Counted from the first letter of the stretch, positions 39,647 through 50,495 are shown. The stretch: 64,000 nt of DNA from an uncultured Rhabdochlamydiaceae bacterium (GCA_963712275.1 CAVQHD010000001.1:224001-288000); one strand, 5' to 3'. Translations and numbers: made by a program. Notes: generated by a model not told the origin, from the sequence alone.

Positions 39647-40862
39647 ACAAAAAAAAGAACGGCAACCGGCAACTTGTTCCTTTTGTGGTCGGTCTGAAGA
39701 GGCTGTCGAAAAATTGATTTCCGGACCCCAAGCGTTTATCTGCGACAAATGTGCCCGCCTATGCATGGATATCATCGACAAAAAGCCGGTCCATCATGAG
39801 CTGCGCCTCTTAAAGCCCAAAGAAATCAGGCAGCGGCTTGATGAATATGTCATTGGTCAAGAGAAAGCCAAAATCACGATTTCTGTTGCCGTCTATAACC
39901 ATTACAAGAGAATCCGATCTCTGAGCAAGGAGATGGATGTCGCCTATAATAAATCGAATGTGCTTCTCTTGGGCCCCACAGGCTCTGGGAAGACCCTGAT
40001 TGCCCGAACGCTTGCCCAAATTTTGGATGTCCCCTTTGCCATTGCCGATGCAACCACCCTTACAGAGGCCGGCTATGTAGGAGAAGATGTAGAAAATATC
40101 ATCCTTCGCCTTCTTCAAGCTGCTGATTATGACGTCGCCCGCGCCGAAGTGGGAATCATCTATGTTGACGAGATCGATAAAATCCGTAAAACAACAGGCA
40201 ACGTCTCCATTACACGGGATGTTTCTGGCGAAGGAGTGCAACAAGCCCTTCTGAAAATTGTCGAAGGCACCATCTCTAATGTTCCTCCCAAGGGAGGGAG
40301 AAAACACCCTAATCAAGAGTATATCAAGGTCAATACTGAAAATATCCTCTTTATCGTGGGAGGCGCTTTTGTCCATCTCGATAAAATCATTGCCAAAAGG
40401 TTGGGCCGCAGCACGATAGGATTTAGCGCAGATGAGACGCATGTCTTTAATGCCCACGAAACAAATTACCTTCTTTCCAAAGTTGAACCTGAAGATTTAA
40501 TCCAATTTGGAATGATTCCAGAATTTGTCGGCAGATTTAATAGCATTGCCAACTGTAATGAGCTGACAATTGACGATCTCGTCGAGATTTTAGAAAAGCC
40601 AAAGAACGCCATCCTCAAACAATACAAACAACTGTTTGCCGAAGAAGATGTTGTCCTTCACTTCACTCCCGATTCTCTCCGCGCCATGGGCGAGCGCGCA
40701 AAAGCCACCGGTACCGGAGCCAGGGCGCTTCGAATGATCGTTGAAAGCCTTCTTCTCCAACTGATGTACGAAGTTCCCTCCGATCCCACCATCCGCGAAA
40801 TCACCATCACGAAAGAATGCATCATAGGCGATGAAAAGCCTCAAGTCAAGCGTTTAGCTTAA
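39639..40862 (+). CDS. clpX: Clp protease ATP-binding subunit
   Basis: CSFC zinc-binding domain, [26 protein letters not shown]. Confidence 0.97.
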   Translation: MSEQKKERQPATCSFCGRSEEAVEKLISGPQAFICDKCARLCMDIIDKKPVHHELRLLKPKEIRQRLDEYVIGQEKAKITISVAVYNHYKRIRSLSKEMDVAYNKSNVLLLGPTGSGKTLIARTLAQILDVPFAIADATTLTEAGYVGEDVENIILRLLQAADYDVARAEVGIIYVDEIDKIRKTTGNVSITRDVSGEGVQQALLKIVEGTISNVPPKGGRKHPNQEYIKVNTENILFIVGGAFVHLDKIIAKRLGRSTIGFSADETHVFNAHETNYLLSKVEPEDLIQFGMIPEFVGRFNSIANCNELTIDDLVEILEKPKNAILKQYKQLFAEEDVVLHFTPDSLRAMGERAKATGTGARALRMIVESLLLQLMYEVPSDPTIREITITKECIIGDEKPQVKRLA

Positions 40863-40904
40863 AATGCGAGCTCCCCCAAACAATTGTCATATTTCTTTTT
40901 TTAA

Positions 40905-40933
40905 TTGCATTTTTTCTGTCTCAGCACTAAAGT
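40905..40933 (+). promoter_or_regulatory. Putative sigma70-type promoter of the T3SS operon
   Basis: TTGCAT-17 bp-TAAAGT upstream of 40954. Confidence 0.45.
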
Positions 40934-40953
40934 GATGGGCAGGAAGAGGGCAA

Positions 40954-41349
40954 ATGATCGAGAAGCACCTGACTCAATTGTTCGAAGAATTTAAACTGGG
41001 AAGTCCACCTGTTTTTGAAAAAGATGGGATGGCAAAGATGCAGTTCGCATCATTTCCAATTGAACTAAAAAAACTGGATGAGAGCGTTTATCTTTCGGCG
41101 CTTATTGCGCCGCTTCCACAGCATGATACAGAAGAGTTTCTTCTCACCGTTATGAAAGCGAATTTCTTGGGGCAAGGAACAGGGGGAGCAGCTCTCGGTC
41201 TCAAGGAGGATGAAAGTTTCTTGACACTCTCTTTGAATTTACCGTATGAGGTAAATTACAATACTTTTAAGGATACGCTCGAAGAGTTTGTCAATTATAT
41301 CGACTACTGGAAAACCGAAACAGCTCGACACGTGGATAAATTAAAATAA
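40954..41349 (+). CDS. CesT-family T3SS chaperone (Scc4/CT663-like)
   Basis: Size, ANFLGQGTGGA motif, position upstream of cdsD. Confidence 0.78.
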   Translation: MIEKHLTQLFEEFKLGSPPVFEKDGMAKMQFASFPIELKKLDESVYLSALIAPLPQHDTEEFLLTVMKANFLGQGTGGAALGLKEDESFLTLSLNLPYEVNYNTFKDTLEEFVNYIDYWKTETARHVDKLK

Positions 41350-41350
41350 C

Positions 41351-43048
41351 ATGGCTGGATATTTAATTGCAGAAGAAGGTCCGCTGACGGGCCTCATTTT
41401 ACGTTTTGAAGAGGGGGCCGAATGGGTGATTGGACGAGATCCCGATGAGGTCGGGCTTGTTCTCGAAGACTCCATGGTCTCTCGTAAGCATGTCATTTGC
41501 AGATCTTCTCCAGAAGGCTTCATCCTTGAAAACTTAAGCGCCGTCAATCCTGCCACGCAAAATGGGAAAATCATTACCGAGCCTGTCCTCCTGCAAGAAG
41601 GGGATATTATTCAAATCGGAAATACTTTTTTCCGTTTCTCAGAAAAAACCCCAGAAACAGAGCAGCAGCCTCCTCTTCTTTTAGAAGAAGCCGCTGATCT
41701 TTCCACACTTGCGATGTCAACTTCCCCCGAAACCCGCTGGATGCTGAAAGTGATCACAGGCCCTAATACAGGCGCTGAATTTTACATGCGTAAAGGGAAA
41801 AGCTACATCCTTGGAAAAGATTCCGAAGTGTGCGATATTATTTTTCAAGATTTGAGTGTTTCAAGACAGCATGCACGGATCACAGTCGATGAGCAAGACC
41901 AAGTTGTCATTGAAGATTTAGGAAGCCGCAATGGAACTCTTGTTAAAGGGAAACCCATTGCAGAGCCCCGCAAAATTGAATCACAAACTGTGATTACACT
42001 TGGCACAACCTCTTTTCTGGTTGTCGACCGCGAAGAAGCAAATGAAACATTAATCGCCCAAGCTCCTATTATTGAGGAGCCGTCTGAAAAAGAGGTCGCT
42101 GCTCAAGCCGAAAAAGCCTCTCCTAAGGATTGGCGCGAGATGGTCATCCCTAAAAAGCATCTGATCTTTGCAGGCATTATTGGATGCGTTTTGCTTGTGC
42201 TTTTTGTTGGGCTCGTTTCCCTATTTCAAGCTGAGCCGATCGTCATCCCCCCTCGCCATGAAAGCGAGCAGATTTCCGATATTGTCCACAAATACCCCGG
42301 CATCCAATTTTCTTACAATGATGGCTCCGGAAAGCTTTTTCTGATTGGTCATGTTCTTTCTCCTGTTGATAAACAAGAACTTCTCTACCAACTCGGCGGC
42401 CTCCATTTTTTAAAAAGCATTGAAGATACGGTGGTCATCGATGAGTATGTGTGGGAAAATATGAATGCTCTTCTAATGACAAATCCAGCGTGGCAAGGGG
42501 TGTCCATTTACTCTCCGACCCCTGGGAAATTTGCCATACGCGGCTATCTGCAAATAGCAGACCAAGCACAAGCTCTTGCCGATTATTTAAATGTGAATTT
42601 CCCTTACCTGGATCGGCTTGACAATCAAATTGTCATCGAGAGCAACCTCATCACCCAAATTCAAAGCCTGCTTTTGGAAAGAGGTTTTAATAATGTTTCC
42701 TATCAACTTACCGATGGAGAGCTCGTTCTATCGGGCCGCGTTGACGGGAAAGACTCTTCCCGCTTTAACCCTCTTGTTAACGAGTTTAAAGCGCTCCCTG
42801 GAATTAGAATGTTAAAAAATTATGTCATTTACACAACGGAAGAAAGTTCGCTTGTGGACCTTTCTTCTAAATACAAAGTGATGGGATTTTCGAAAAAAGA
42901 TGGCGAAAGTCAATTCATCGTGATTAACGGAAAAATTTTGAGTGTGGGAGATATTCTTGATGAAATGACAATCACATCTATTTCTCCATCGGCAGTCTTA
43001 CTTGAAAAAGATGGATTAAAATTTAAGATTAACTACAATCTGCAATAA
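41351..43048 (+). CDS. sctD: T3SS inner-membrane ring protein with two FHA domains
   Basis: IGR...VSRKH and LGK...VSRQHA...NGT FHA motifs, TM segment, BON-like periplasmic part. Confidence 0.9.
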   Translation: MAGYLIAEEGPLTGLILRFEEGAEWVIGRDPDEVGLVLEDSMVSRKHVICRSSPEGFILENLSAVNPATQNGKIITEPVLLQEGDIIQIGNTFFRFSEKTPETEQQPPLLLEEAADLSTLAMSTSPETRWMLKVITGPNTGAEFYMRKGKSYILGKDSEVCDIIFQDLSVSRQHARITVDEQDQVVIEDLGSRNGTLVKGKPIAEPRKIESQTVITLGTTSFLVVDREEANETLIAQAPIIEEPSEKEVAAQAEKASPKDWREMVIPKKHLIFAGIIGCVLLVLFVGLVSLFQAEPIVIPPRHESEQISDIVHKYPGIQFSYNDGSGKLFLIGHVLSPVDKQELLYQLGGLHFLKSIEDTVVIDEYVWENMNALLMTNPAWQGVSIYSPTPGKFAIRGYLQIADQAQALADYLNVNFPYLDRLDNQIVIESNLITQIQSLLLERGFNNVSYQLTDGELVLSGRVDGKDSSRFNPLVNEFKALPGIRMLKNYVIYTTEESSLVDLSSKYKVMGFSKKDGESQFIVINGKILSVGDILDEMTITSISPSAVLLEKDGLKFKINYNLQ

Positions 43049-43067
43049 ATGGTGGAGATATTGACAT

Positions 43068-43304
43068 ATGTACGGATTAGAAAAAAAACCAAAACATGCC
43101 TTCGAGTTTGATCTGGAAAGGGATCTAAAGAAAGACCCAGGCAAAGTGCGAACGCTGTTAAAAACGGCAGAAGGAAAAATCCAAGAGATTAAAACAGAGC
43201 TCAGAAAAGGGGCGAAAGGCCCTGATCTTGATCAACTGGGTGTTCTCTTGCATGGGTATACCGCACTTCAGAAAGTTCTAAATAGGCTTGTTAATAAAAA
43301 ATAG
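43068..43304 (+). CDS. T3SS needle co-chaperone CdsE-like
   Basis: FDLERDLK...LR.G...LL.GY.ALQKV; synteny. Confidence 0.75.
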   Translation: MYGLEKKPKHAFEFDLERDLKKDPGKVRTLLKTAEGKIQEIKTELRKGAKGPDLDQLGVLLHGYTALQKVLNRLVNKK

Positions 43305-43312
43305 GAGTATTC

Positions 43313-43561
43313 ATGGGTCTCTCTCAATGGTGTACGCTCTCTTTTGGGGCTCTCATCGACCAATATAAAAAAGTACAAAGTCAGCTGACATCTCAAGTCA
43401 AGCAATTGGCAAGTCGTTCATCAGTTGCAACCCCTGGACGGTTTTTGCTACTGCAGTTCCAGATGAGCCAAGTGACTCAGATCGGTGATTCGATCTCGAA
43501 CTTGATTGCCCAGGTGCAGTCGATGATCAACACGGCTGTCCGTAACCAAAAATCGCAATAA
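43313..43561 (+). CDS. sctF: T3SS needle subunit CdsF-like
   Basis: 82 aa helical, LQFQM...ISN...MINTAVRN; synteny. Confidence 0.75.
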   Translation: MGLSQWCTLSFGALIDQYKKVQSQLTSQVKQLASRSSVATPGRFLLLQFQMSQVTQIGDSISNLIAQVQSMINTAVRNQKSQ

Positions 43562-43585
43562 TTATTAAAGGAACAAGGTACCCCC

Positions 43586-44047
43586 ATGTCAAAAATGCAA
43601 GCCTACAAAGACGATTTCGTTCTTCTCCTCGAAACAGGTTTTATCGCTGCGGGGCAAGCTGACGAAGATGCTGCATCAAAACTTTTTCGTGCAGCTCAGC
43701 TTCTGAGCCCTGAGAATGTGCTGCCCAAAGTTGGTTTTGGGTATGTCCACTTGCTAAAACTTGAGCTTAAACAAGCTTGCAAGATGTTTGAGGATGTCCT
43801 TAAAGTCGACCCCGATAACCAGATGGCCCGAGCGTTACTAGGTCTTAGCACCTCTTTAACAATCAAAGAGGTTGATAAAGGGGAAAAACTAATGGAGGAA
43901 GCTCTCAAACTCTCTAAAGATCCTGCTGTCAAAAATATGGCTCGAACAGGCATTGAATTTGTCGAAAAATTTGTCAAAAAACAGCCGACCCCCGTTCAAG
44001 GACAGCCCCAATCTAAAGCAGCTCACAAAAAAGGCTCAAAAACATGA
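43586..44047 (+). CDS. TPR needle chaperone CdsG-like
   Basis: LLLETGFIA...DED, TPR-like helices; synteny. Confidence 0.78.
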   Translation: MSKMQAYKDDFVLLLETGFIAAGQADEDAASKLFRAAQLLSPENVLPKVGFGYVHLLKLELKQACKMFEDVLKVDPDNQMARALLGLSTSLTIKEVDKGEKLMEEALKLSKDPAVKNMARTGIEFVEKFVKKQPTPVQGQPQSKAAHKKGSKT

Positions 44048-44685
44048 CGCCTGGCCCCGATGACGTTTCTAAATTAGACGCTGTCCGCCGTATTGGAGAT
44101 GAGCAAAAATCGATGCCGGCAACTCCAGGAAAGGGGTTTGAGTCGTATATGGAAAAAGCAGGAGAGCAGACCCAGGCAGCTGGGAAGAGCTCCCCGCTCT
44201 CCCCTTTTGATCTTGCTCAAGGACAGATGCCTCTCTCAACAGGACCAACGTTTGATTCTCTTTTAAGTCAGGTTAAATCAGCCCAAGTCATGCTTGGAGA
44301 TATGAATACCGACTTTCAAACAAAAGATCTGAAGCTGAAACAGTCTCAACGGTACCTTCTACGCAGTAAGCTTAAAAACGGCAATAACTACCTCAAAGCA
44401 GCCAATGCTAAAATGGGGGCCGAGACACCTCCTGCAGCGCCCCCTACACCCGGCAAAGGAATTGTAGGGAAATTCCTTGACTACGTCGCCGAAGGGCAAT
44501 CCAACCTTGCCGCCGCTCAACAACAGCTGATGAATCTCAAGGGGAAAGGAGATGCTCTTAAACCTGCAGATTTTTTGGCTATTCAGCTCAAACTTGCCCA
44601 TGCTCAGCAAGAAATTGAATATGCCTCCATCATGCTTTCCAAAGCCGTGGATGATATGAAGACCCTCATGAGCATCCAGCTGTAA
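44044..44685 (+). CDS. T3SS-associated protein (CT668-like)
   Basis: Position between cdsG and cdsN; C-terminal helical QQEIEY...KAVDD. Confidence 0.6.
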   Translation: MTPGPDDVSKLDAVRRIGDEQKSMPATPGKGFESYMEKAGEQTQAAGKSSPLSPFDLAQGQMPLSTGPTFDSLLSQVKSAQVMLGDMNTDFQTKDLKLKQSQRYLLRSKLKNGNNYLKAANAKMGAETPPAAPPTPGKGIVGKFLDYVAEGQSNLAAAQQQLMNLKGKGDALKPADFLAIQLKLAHAQQEIEYASIMLSKAVDDMKTLMSIQL

Positions 44686-44691
44686 CCTTAT

Positions 44692-46008
44692 ATGGAACAA
44701 GATTCCCATTTCAGCAAACTCCTCAATCAACTTGAAGACCTTGAACTGACAACGGTTCACGGACGCATCACAGAAATTGTCGGGATGCTCATTCGAGCTG
44801 TCGTTCCCCAAGTCAAGATGGGAGAGGTTTGTCTTATCAAAAGAGAGGGAGAGCCTCTCATGGCAGAGGTCGTCGGCTTTACAAAAGATGAAGTACTTCT
44901 CTCTCCTTTAGGTGAGATGACAGGAATTGGCCCTTCCTCAGAAGTGATTCCGATGAAAATTCCCCTCCAAATTAAAGTTGGGCCTCAACTCCTCGGAAGA
45001 ATTCTTGATGGCCTTGGCAACCCCCTCGATGAAGAGACAAATGGCCCTTTAATCCTCGAAGAATCGTACCCTGTCATCAACGCCCCTCCCGATCCTCTCA
45101 AACGGCAGATCATCAAAGAACCCCTTTCAACAGGCATCCGTTCAATTGACGGTGTTCTCACCGTTGGAAAAGGGCAGCGCATGGGGATTTTCTCCGCAGC
45201 AGGCGTTGGTAAATCGACTCTTCTTGGGATGATTGCCAGATACGCAAAAGCCGATGTCAACGTCATCTCTCTCATCGGAGAACGGGGACGGGAAGTCCGA
45301 GAATTTTTGGAAAATGATCTTGGAACTGAAGGGCTTAAAAGATCCGTGATCGTCGTTTCAACATCGGATCAAGCAGCCCAAACACGCCTCAACGCCGCTT
45401 ATGTTGGGACAGCGATCGCCGAGTATTTCCGAGACCAAGGGAAAACCGTCATTTTGATGATGGACTCTGTGACCCGCTTTGCAAGGGCGCTGAGGGAAAT
45501 TGGGCTTGCGGCAGGAGAGCCTCCTGCCCGCGCAGGCTTTACACCCTCTGTCTTTGCAACTCTTCCACGCCTCCTTGAACGCTCAGGAAACTCTGATCGA
45601 GGATCGATCACAGCCTTTTATACCATTCTTGTTGCCGGAGATGATCTCAATGAACCCGTCTCTGATGAAGTCCGCTCTATTCTCGATGGACATATTATTT
45701 TGTCGAGAAAGCTTGCCAGCGAAGGACACTTTCCTGCCGTCAGCATCCTCGATTCGATCAGCCGAGTTCTCACACAAATCACTCCCAAAGACCATCAGCA
45801 GCTGATTGCAAAATTGCGTGAAGTGCTCGCTAACTACGAGAAAAATGAGCTCTTGATCCGCATTGGCGAATATAAACCCGGCTCCGATAAAAATGCCGAC
45901 TTTGCCATCAAGTACATCGATAGAGTCAACCGCTTTTTGAAGCAGCCAATCGAAGAGAAATCAAGCTACGAAGAAACTGTACACCAATTGCATGCCCTGT
46001 TTAGATAA
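44692..46008 (+). CDS. sctN: T3SS ATPase
   Basis: [27 protein letters not shown]. Confidence 0.95.
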   Translation: MEQDSHFSKLLNQLEDLELTTVHGRITEIVGMLIRAVVPQVKMGEVCLIKREGEPLMAEVVGFTKDEVLLSPLGEMTGIGPSSEVIPMKIPLQIKVGPQLLGRILDGLGNPLDEETNGPLILEESYPVINAPPDPLKRQIIKEPLSTGIRSIDGVLTVGKGQRMGIFSAAGVGKSTLLGMIARYAKADVNVISLIGERGREVREFLENDLGTEGLKRSVIVVSTSDQAAQTRLNAAYVGTAIAEYFRDQGKTVILMMDSVTRFARALREIGLAAGEPPARAGFTPSVFATLPRLLERSGNSDRGSITAFYTILVAGDDLNEPVSDEVRSILDGHIILSRKLASEGHFPAVSILDSISRVLTQITPKDHQQLIAKLREVLANYEKNELLIRIGEYKPGSDKNADFAIKYIDRVNRFLKQPIEEKSSYEETVHQLHALFR

Positions 46009-46018
46009 TAGACCTCTT

Positions 46019-46525
46019 ATGACAAAATATCCCTTAGATCAGCTCGCCGTCATCAAGCAAAGGCGGCTTGAAGAAGCTGAAAAGATCTTGAAAGAGAGAA
46101 AAGAAGCTTTAGCTAAAGAAGAAGCAAAACTCGCCGAGCTCGAAAAAAAACGGGATGAAGTCAAAAGCCATCACCAAGATAAATTAACACAGTTTCGAGC
46201 TAAATTAGATGAGGGAACATCAACTGCTAAAATTCAGCAGATGAAACACTATCTCAAACTCGTCGCCGAACAACTCAGTGGAGAAGAAAGAAAAGTGGAC
46301 GCACAAAAAAAAGTTGTCGAACAAGCCGCAACCCAAGTGGAACTTGCCCGCATTGATCTTTTCAAGCGGCAGAAAGATGTTGAAAAACTTCGCCTCCACC
46401 ATAAAGAATGGAAGAAGGAAATGCATATCGTCGAAGAGAGACGCGAAGGCGTCGAAGGCGATGAAATGGGAAGTACAATGCACCATCTCAAGAAAACAGA
46501 AAAAAAGCGCCGAACCCATGAGTAA
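46019..46525 (+). CDS. sctO: T3SS stalk protein CdsO
   Basis: YPL..L..IK.RR coiled coil; synteny. Confidence 0.78.
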   Translation: MTKYPLDQLAVIKQRRLEEAEKILKERKEALAKEEAKLAELEKKRDEVKSHHQDKLTQFRAKLDEGTSTAKIQQMKHYLKLVAEQLSGEERKVDAQKKVVEQAATQVELARIDLFKRQKDVEKLRLHHKEWKKEMHIVEERREGVEGDEMGSTMHHLKKTEKKRRTHE

Positions 46526-47498
46526 CGTGACCAATCCACCAGGCCCTCTCAATCCTACAAACCCTCAAAGATCGACCGAACCTACAAAACCAGGGACAGA
46601 TAAGTTCAAGAACCTGATGAGAATCGACAAGTCCAATGAGGAGCAAAAAAAAAGAAAAAAACGGCAGGAAGAAGCCGAGGAAGAAACGAAAGCGGAAATT
46701 CAGACTACAGCGGTCTCTGCCGAAAGAGCAGCCGAGACAAAAAGAAAAGAAAAGTTTCCAAAAGTTCAAAAAATTGGCGAAAGCGAAAAGAAGCAAACAA
46801 AGCATCAAAAGCGTCCTGAAGAGATCTCTTTAGAAGCCGAAAACGAAAATATAGTCCCATCAGCTCCAAAAGTCGCCCAATCTTTAGAGCTTCCAACCCC
46901 TGAAGAAGCAAAAACAGCTGTACCGACTGCCCGCCATCAAACTCCCTCTCAAATCCAAGAAGAGGAAGAGCAGCAAATCATTCAACAAGAAGAAAAAATC
47001 TCTCAAGAGTTCAAGCTACAACCTGAAGAAAAGAAACCTCATGAAAAAAAAGAAGAGCGGCTACCCTCTATTCTGCCTACAGCTTCAGAGTTGGGCCCTT
47101 TATTTCTTGCCCCCGCAGCAGAAATGCCCCCAGCCTATACCCTTCTAAGCGCTGAAACACTCGCCCTCTTTGAACGCATGGTCTCCGTGATGTCGATCCT
47201 CCACGACAGTGGAATCACTGAAACCGTCATTCACCTCAATACGCCTGAATTTGCACACTCTTTCCTTGCAGGATCACAGATTGTCATTCGAGAATACAGC
47301 ACCGCTCCCCTTACTTATAATATTGAGCTTGTCGGCAACCCTCAGGCCGTCGCCCTTTTTACAAAAAACCTCCCTCTCCTCAAGTCTGCCTTCCAAGAGG
47401 GAAAACACCGGTTCCGAGTCAACCGACTAGAGTCGACCCTCTCCCGCGATGAAACACCCAAAGTCAAGCGGAAAGAAGATCTCTCAGAAGAGACTTAG
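46518..47498 (+). CDS. T3SS needle-length regulator CdsP-like
   Basis: Low-complexity charged N-terminus plus C-terminal alpha/beta domain; position between cdsO and cdsQ. Confidence 0.6.
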   Translation: MSNVTNPPGPLNPTNPQRSTEPTKPGTDKFKNLMRIDKSNEEQKKRKKRQEEAEEETKAEIQTTAVSAERAAETKRKEKFPKVQKIGESEKKQTKHQKRPEEISLEAENENIVPSAPKVAQSLELPTPEEAKTAVPTARHQTPSQIQEEEEQQIIQQEEKISQEFKLQPEEKKPHEKKEERLPSILPTASELGPLFLAPAAEMPPAYTLLSAETLALFERMVSVMSILHDSGITETVIHLNTPEFAHSFLAGSQIVIREYSTAPLTYNIELVGNPQAVALFTKNLPLLKSAFQEGKHRFRVNRLESTLSRDETPKVKRKEDLSEET

Positions 47499-47613
47499 GT
47501 TTTTTGAACCATTTTCTCCTGATTGGGGAGATAAAACTCTGGATAAGACCACGGAAAGTTCGCACTAAATCTCGTTCATGTCTAACTAACGCCCCCGTCC
47601 GAAGATTTTAGCT

Positions 47614-47642
47614 TTGCACTTTAGTCGGCAGACCATTATGCT
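47614..47642 (+). promoter_or_regulatory. Putative internal sigma70-type promoter for cdsQ
   Basis: TTGCAC-17 bp-TATGCT. Confidence 0.45.
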
Positions 47643-47652
47643 TAAAAGTGGT

Positions 47653-48726
47653 ATGCATGACGTTTTGCCTCAGTGGTTACAACTTGTTGAACAAGCGCTT
47701 TTGAAAGTTGGTCAGCTTCCCGTTCTGGAAGAGCATTTTCCATTTCCATGGGAAGCGGCAGGAGAGGCTTTGCAAAAGTCGCTTGGGCTTTCACAGCTTA
47801 CCCTCTCATCTTCACACGCTGCCTGGAAAGAGGCGGCGGAGTTTTTACATGGAATGGGAGACCTTCCAACCATTGTCGCCCTTGAGATGGCGCCAATTGA
47901 AGGCTCGTTGTTTTTCATCTTACCCCAAAACGATGTGATAGAACTGACGACTCATGCGCTCATCGAAGGCGATGAAAGAGAGGGGTTTTCAGGAGCCCAC
48001 CCCGGAGTTAAGCTAAGACAAGGGTTTTACCATTTTCTTCTTCTCAAAGCAGTGCAAGCAATCGACCATCTCCATCTTTTCAAGGATGTTGCTTTTCACT
48101 TGCTCCCTCCATCTCCTTTGCCTCATGAAGAAGGTTTTTGCATCGATATCGCCTGCGCTCTACAAGCACGAACGCTTCAAGCCAGGATTGTCTGCCCGCA
48201 ATCATTTTTAACCGCGTTTAAGGCACATCAACCTTTTCAAAAAACCACGCTCCTTTCATTTGGAGAAACATCTCCAATGGAACTCTCTTTCCGATGCGAG
48301 GTAGGGCATACTTCATTAAATCGCGAGGAATGGGAAGCCCTTCAAGTCGGCGATTTTTTAATTCTCGACCGATGCTCTTTTGATCCAACGGAAGAAAAAG
48401 GATCTCTCACGATTTCTCTTGAGAAGGTGCCTCTTTTGATGGCCCGTTTTAAGCCTGAAGGGCTTAAGGTTCTCGACTTTGCCCTCTATGGAGAAGAAGC
48501 TCCAGCTGAGATGCAAGATACGCTTCAATTAACAGCTGAAATCGGAATGCTCAAAATGACTCTACATCAGCTTCTTCAGCTGAAAGCCGGGTCACTTCTC
48601 GAACTTTCAATGAGGCCCGAGCAAGGTGTCCGCCTGATGCTGGAAAGTACATGCGTCGCTAAAGGAGAACTCTTAAAACTTGGCGAAGTCTGTGGAATTC
48701 GTATTTTAGATATTCAGGGCCCGTAA
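47653..48726 (+). CDS. sctQ: T3SS C-ring protein CdsQ
   Basis: Two SPOA domains (VGDFLILD; AKGELLKLGE..GIRI). Confidence 0.85.
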   Translation: MHDVLPQWLQLVEQALLKVGQLPVLEEHFPFPWEAAGEALQKSLGLSQLTLSSSHAAWKEAAEFLHGMGDLPTIVALEMAPIEGSLFFILPQNDVIELTTHALIEGDEREGFSGAHPGVKLRQGFYHFLLLKAVQAIDHLHLFKDVAFHLLPPSPLPHEEGFCIDIACALQARTLQARIVCPQSFLTAFKAHQPFQKTTLLSFGETSPMELSFRCEVGHTSLNREEWEALQVGDFLILDRCSFDPTEEKGSLTISLEKVPLLMARFKPEGLKVLDFALYGEEAPAEMQDTLQLTAEIGMLKMTLHQLLQLKAGSLLELSMRPEQGVRLMLESTCVAKGELLKLGEVCGIRILDIQGP

Positions 48727-48740
48727 ATGAATAGATTAAG

Positions 48741-48907
48741 GAGCCAGTTGCAAAACTCGCTTTGGAGGCCAAATTCGATGAATTTGCCGCTGGTTCCTTT
48801 TCTCCGCAAATTGACATACTCGACTCAGAGTAGGCGATTTGCGGAGAAAAAGAATCCAGCGGCAAAAGCGCGGATTTGGCCCCAAATTGGAGTTTTGCAA
48901 CTGGCTC
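48741..48907. mobile_element. Palindromic MITE (GAGnnAGTTGCAAAAC family), full length
   Basis: 18-bp perfect TIRs gagccagttgcaaaactc / gagttttgcaactggctc; TSD taag (48737-48740, 48908-48911); internal hairpin. Confidence 0.88.
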
Positions 48908-48938
48908 TAAGAAGTTATTTATTTACGAGCCCTCAGCG

Positions 48939-50495
48939 ATGAGCGACTCTACCTTTTATAAACAACCTACCCTCCTAGAAACAAAAATTTCTGATACTGC
49001 TCCTTCTCTTCCTGAGAAAATCGGCCCTTATAAAATCGAATCTCTTTTAAATCGCGGGGGCATGAGTCTTCTGTATTTGGGGATCCATCCTGAAACACGT
49101 GCACTCATCACTGTCAAAGTGCTCTCTCCTAAGTATGTAACCTCTCCTGAAATGGTGTCTCAGTTCCTCCGTGAATCAAAGATCGTCGGCCTCACGAACC
49201 ATCCCAATATCGTCAAGCTCTATGGAGAAGGGGAATGGGAGGGAGGGCTTTATATCGCTATGGAATTTATTCGAGGGATCTCCCTTCGGCAATTTATCGA
49301 GCAGCACTCTCTTTCGATGAAAAAATCAATCGACATTTTACTCCAAGTCGCCCACGCCCTCTCCCATCTTCACTCGCACGGTGTGATTCATGGAGATCTG
49401 AAGCCTGAAAATATCCTGATGACCGAGGATGGAGAGGTGAAAGTGATCGATTTTGGAATTGCTAGGCTCCATGAAGAAGCAAAAAAAGAAAAAGGCAAAT
49501 CTTTAAAGATCATTGGCACCCCTACTTATATGAGCCCAGAGCAGAAAGAAGACCCTTCTTCAGTTTCTTTTGCGTCTGATATTTATGCACTGGGAATCAT
49601 TGCGTATGAGTTGTTCATTGGAAAGCTGAGTTTTGGGGTGATTCATCTCTCGCAAGTTCCTAAAGGGCTCCGATTAATTTTGGAAAAAGCACTTGCCGTA
49701 TCGATCCAAGAAAGATATTCCAATGTTCTTCAGCTGATTTCCGATTTATCCAATTACTTAAAATCAGGCGGTCTTGAAAAAGACCGTCCTGGAACAGATC
49801 AAATTAAAGAAATTTTAGAATTGATTCAGAAGGCAGACCTTGCCCTCTCTCTTCCAGCCATTGCCTCAACCCTCCATTATGAAGGAGCCCTCGCCCGGCT
49901 AAAAATCCTTGGACAAACAAATCCGTATTTTGATGCTCTTAAATTTCCCGATAACTCGTACGGATTTGTTTTAGCAGAGCCAAAGATGGGCGGACTTGAA
50001 ACCTCTGTTTACCTAAGTAACCTTCGGGGAATGATTCGAGCAACTGCCGCTGCAAACGATAAGTTTGCTTTTCCTTCCTTTTTAACAACCCTACAACAAC
50101 TGATTCAATTTGACCCATTAAATCAAGCCTATGCCCTTGCGTTTCTCATTCTCAGCCCTTCCCGCGATGAACTGCAGCTTCTCTGCTGCGGAATAGGGAG
50201 TCTACTTCATTTAGCCTCTGGCAGCCACAAGGCACGAAAACTTCATAACTTCAATCCCCCTCTAGGCTCAGCTAACCGAAGAGAGTGGGATATTACAATC
50301 GATGGGTGGAATGTGGGAGACATTCTCATTTTCCACACGCTCCCCCCTGTTTCAGATCCGCTCGTTCAAGAAACCCTTGAAAATATCTCTCTTCAATCTC
50401 CTCAAAGCCAGGCCGATAATCTGATCAAAAAAGTCGCTCCTATCCTCTCAGAAAAAACAACCCACCTCCTGGCTTCCCTTCATCGTATTGGGTAA
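48939..50495 (+). CDS. pkn5: Ser/Thr kinase Pkn5-like with C-terminal PP2C/SpoIIE-like remnant
   Basis: VK, HGDLKPEN, DFG and GTPTYMSPE; synteny between cdsQ and cdsC. Confidence 0.82.
   Translation: MSDSTFYKQPTLLETKISDTAPSLPEKIGPYKIESLLNRGGMSLLYLGIHPETRALITVKVLSPKYVTSPEMVSQFLRESKIVGLTNHPNIVKLYGEGEWEGGLYIAMEFIRGISLRQFIEQHSLSMKKSIDILLQVAHALSHLHSHGVIHGDLKPENILMTEDGEVKVIDFGIARLHEEAKKEKGKSLKIIGTPTYMSPEQKEDPSSVSFASDIYALGIIAYELFIGKLSFGVIHLSQVPKGLRLILEKALAVSIQERYSNVLQLISDLSNYLKSGGLEKDRPGTDQIKEILELIQKADLALSLPAIASTLHYEGALARLKILGQTNPYFDALKFPDNSYGFVLAEPKMGGLETSVYLSNLRGMIRATAAANDKFAFPSFLTTLQQLIQFDPLNQAYALAFLILSPSRDELQLLCCGIGSLLHLASGSHKARKLHNFNPPLGSANRREWDITIDGWNVGDILIFHTLPPVSDPLVQETLENISLQSPQSQADNLIKKVAPILSEKTTHLLASLHRIG

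Noticed and set aside
39810..40457. 215-aa ORF antisense to clpX and similar long antisense ORFs
   Set aside because: Shadow frames of well-conserved genes with no motifs
47499..47600. cdsP-cdsQ spacer as a degenerate element
   Set aside because: No convincing terminal inverted repeats or TSD
47983..48015. Possible small insertion (GAHPGV) in cdsQ
   Set aside because: No TIR or TSD visible; cannot be judged without an ortholog alignment
48727..48942. 71-aa ORF between cdsQ and pkn5
   Set aside because: Almost entirely MITE sequence; its similarity to the lpxB insert reflects the element, not a gene
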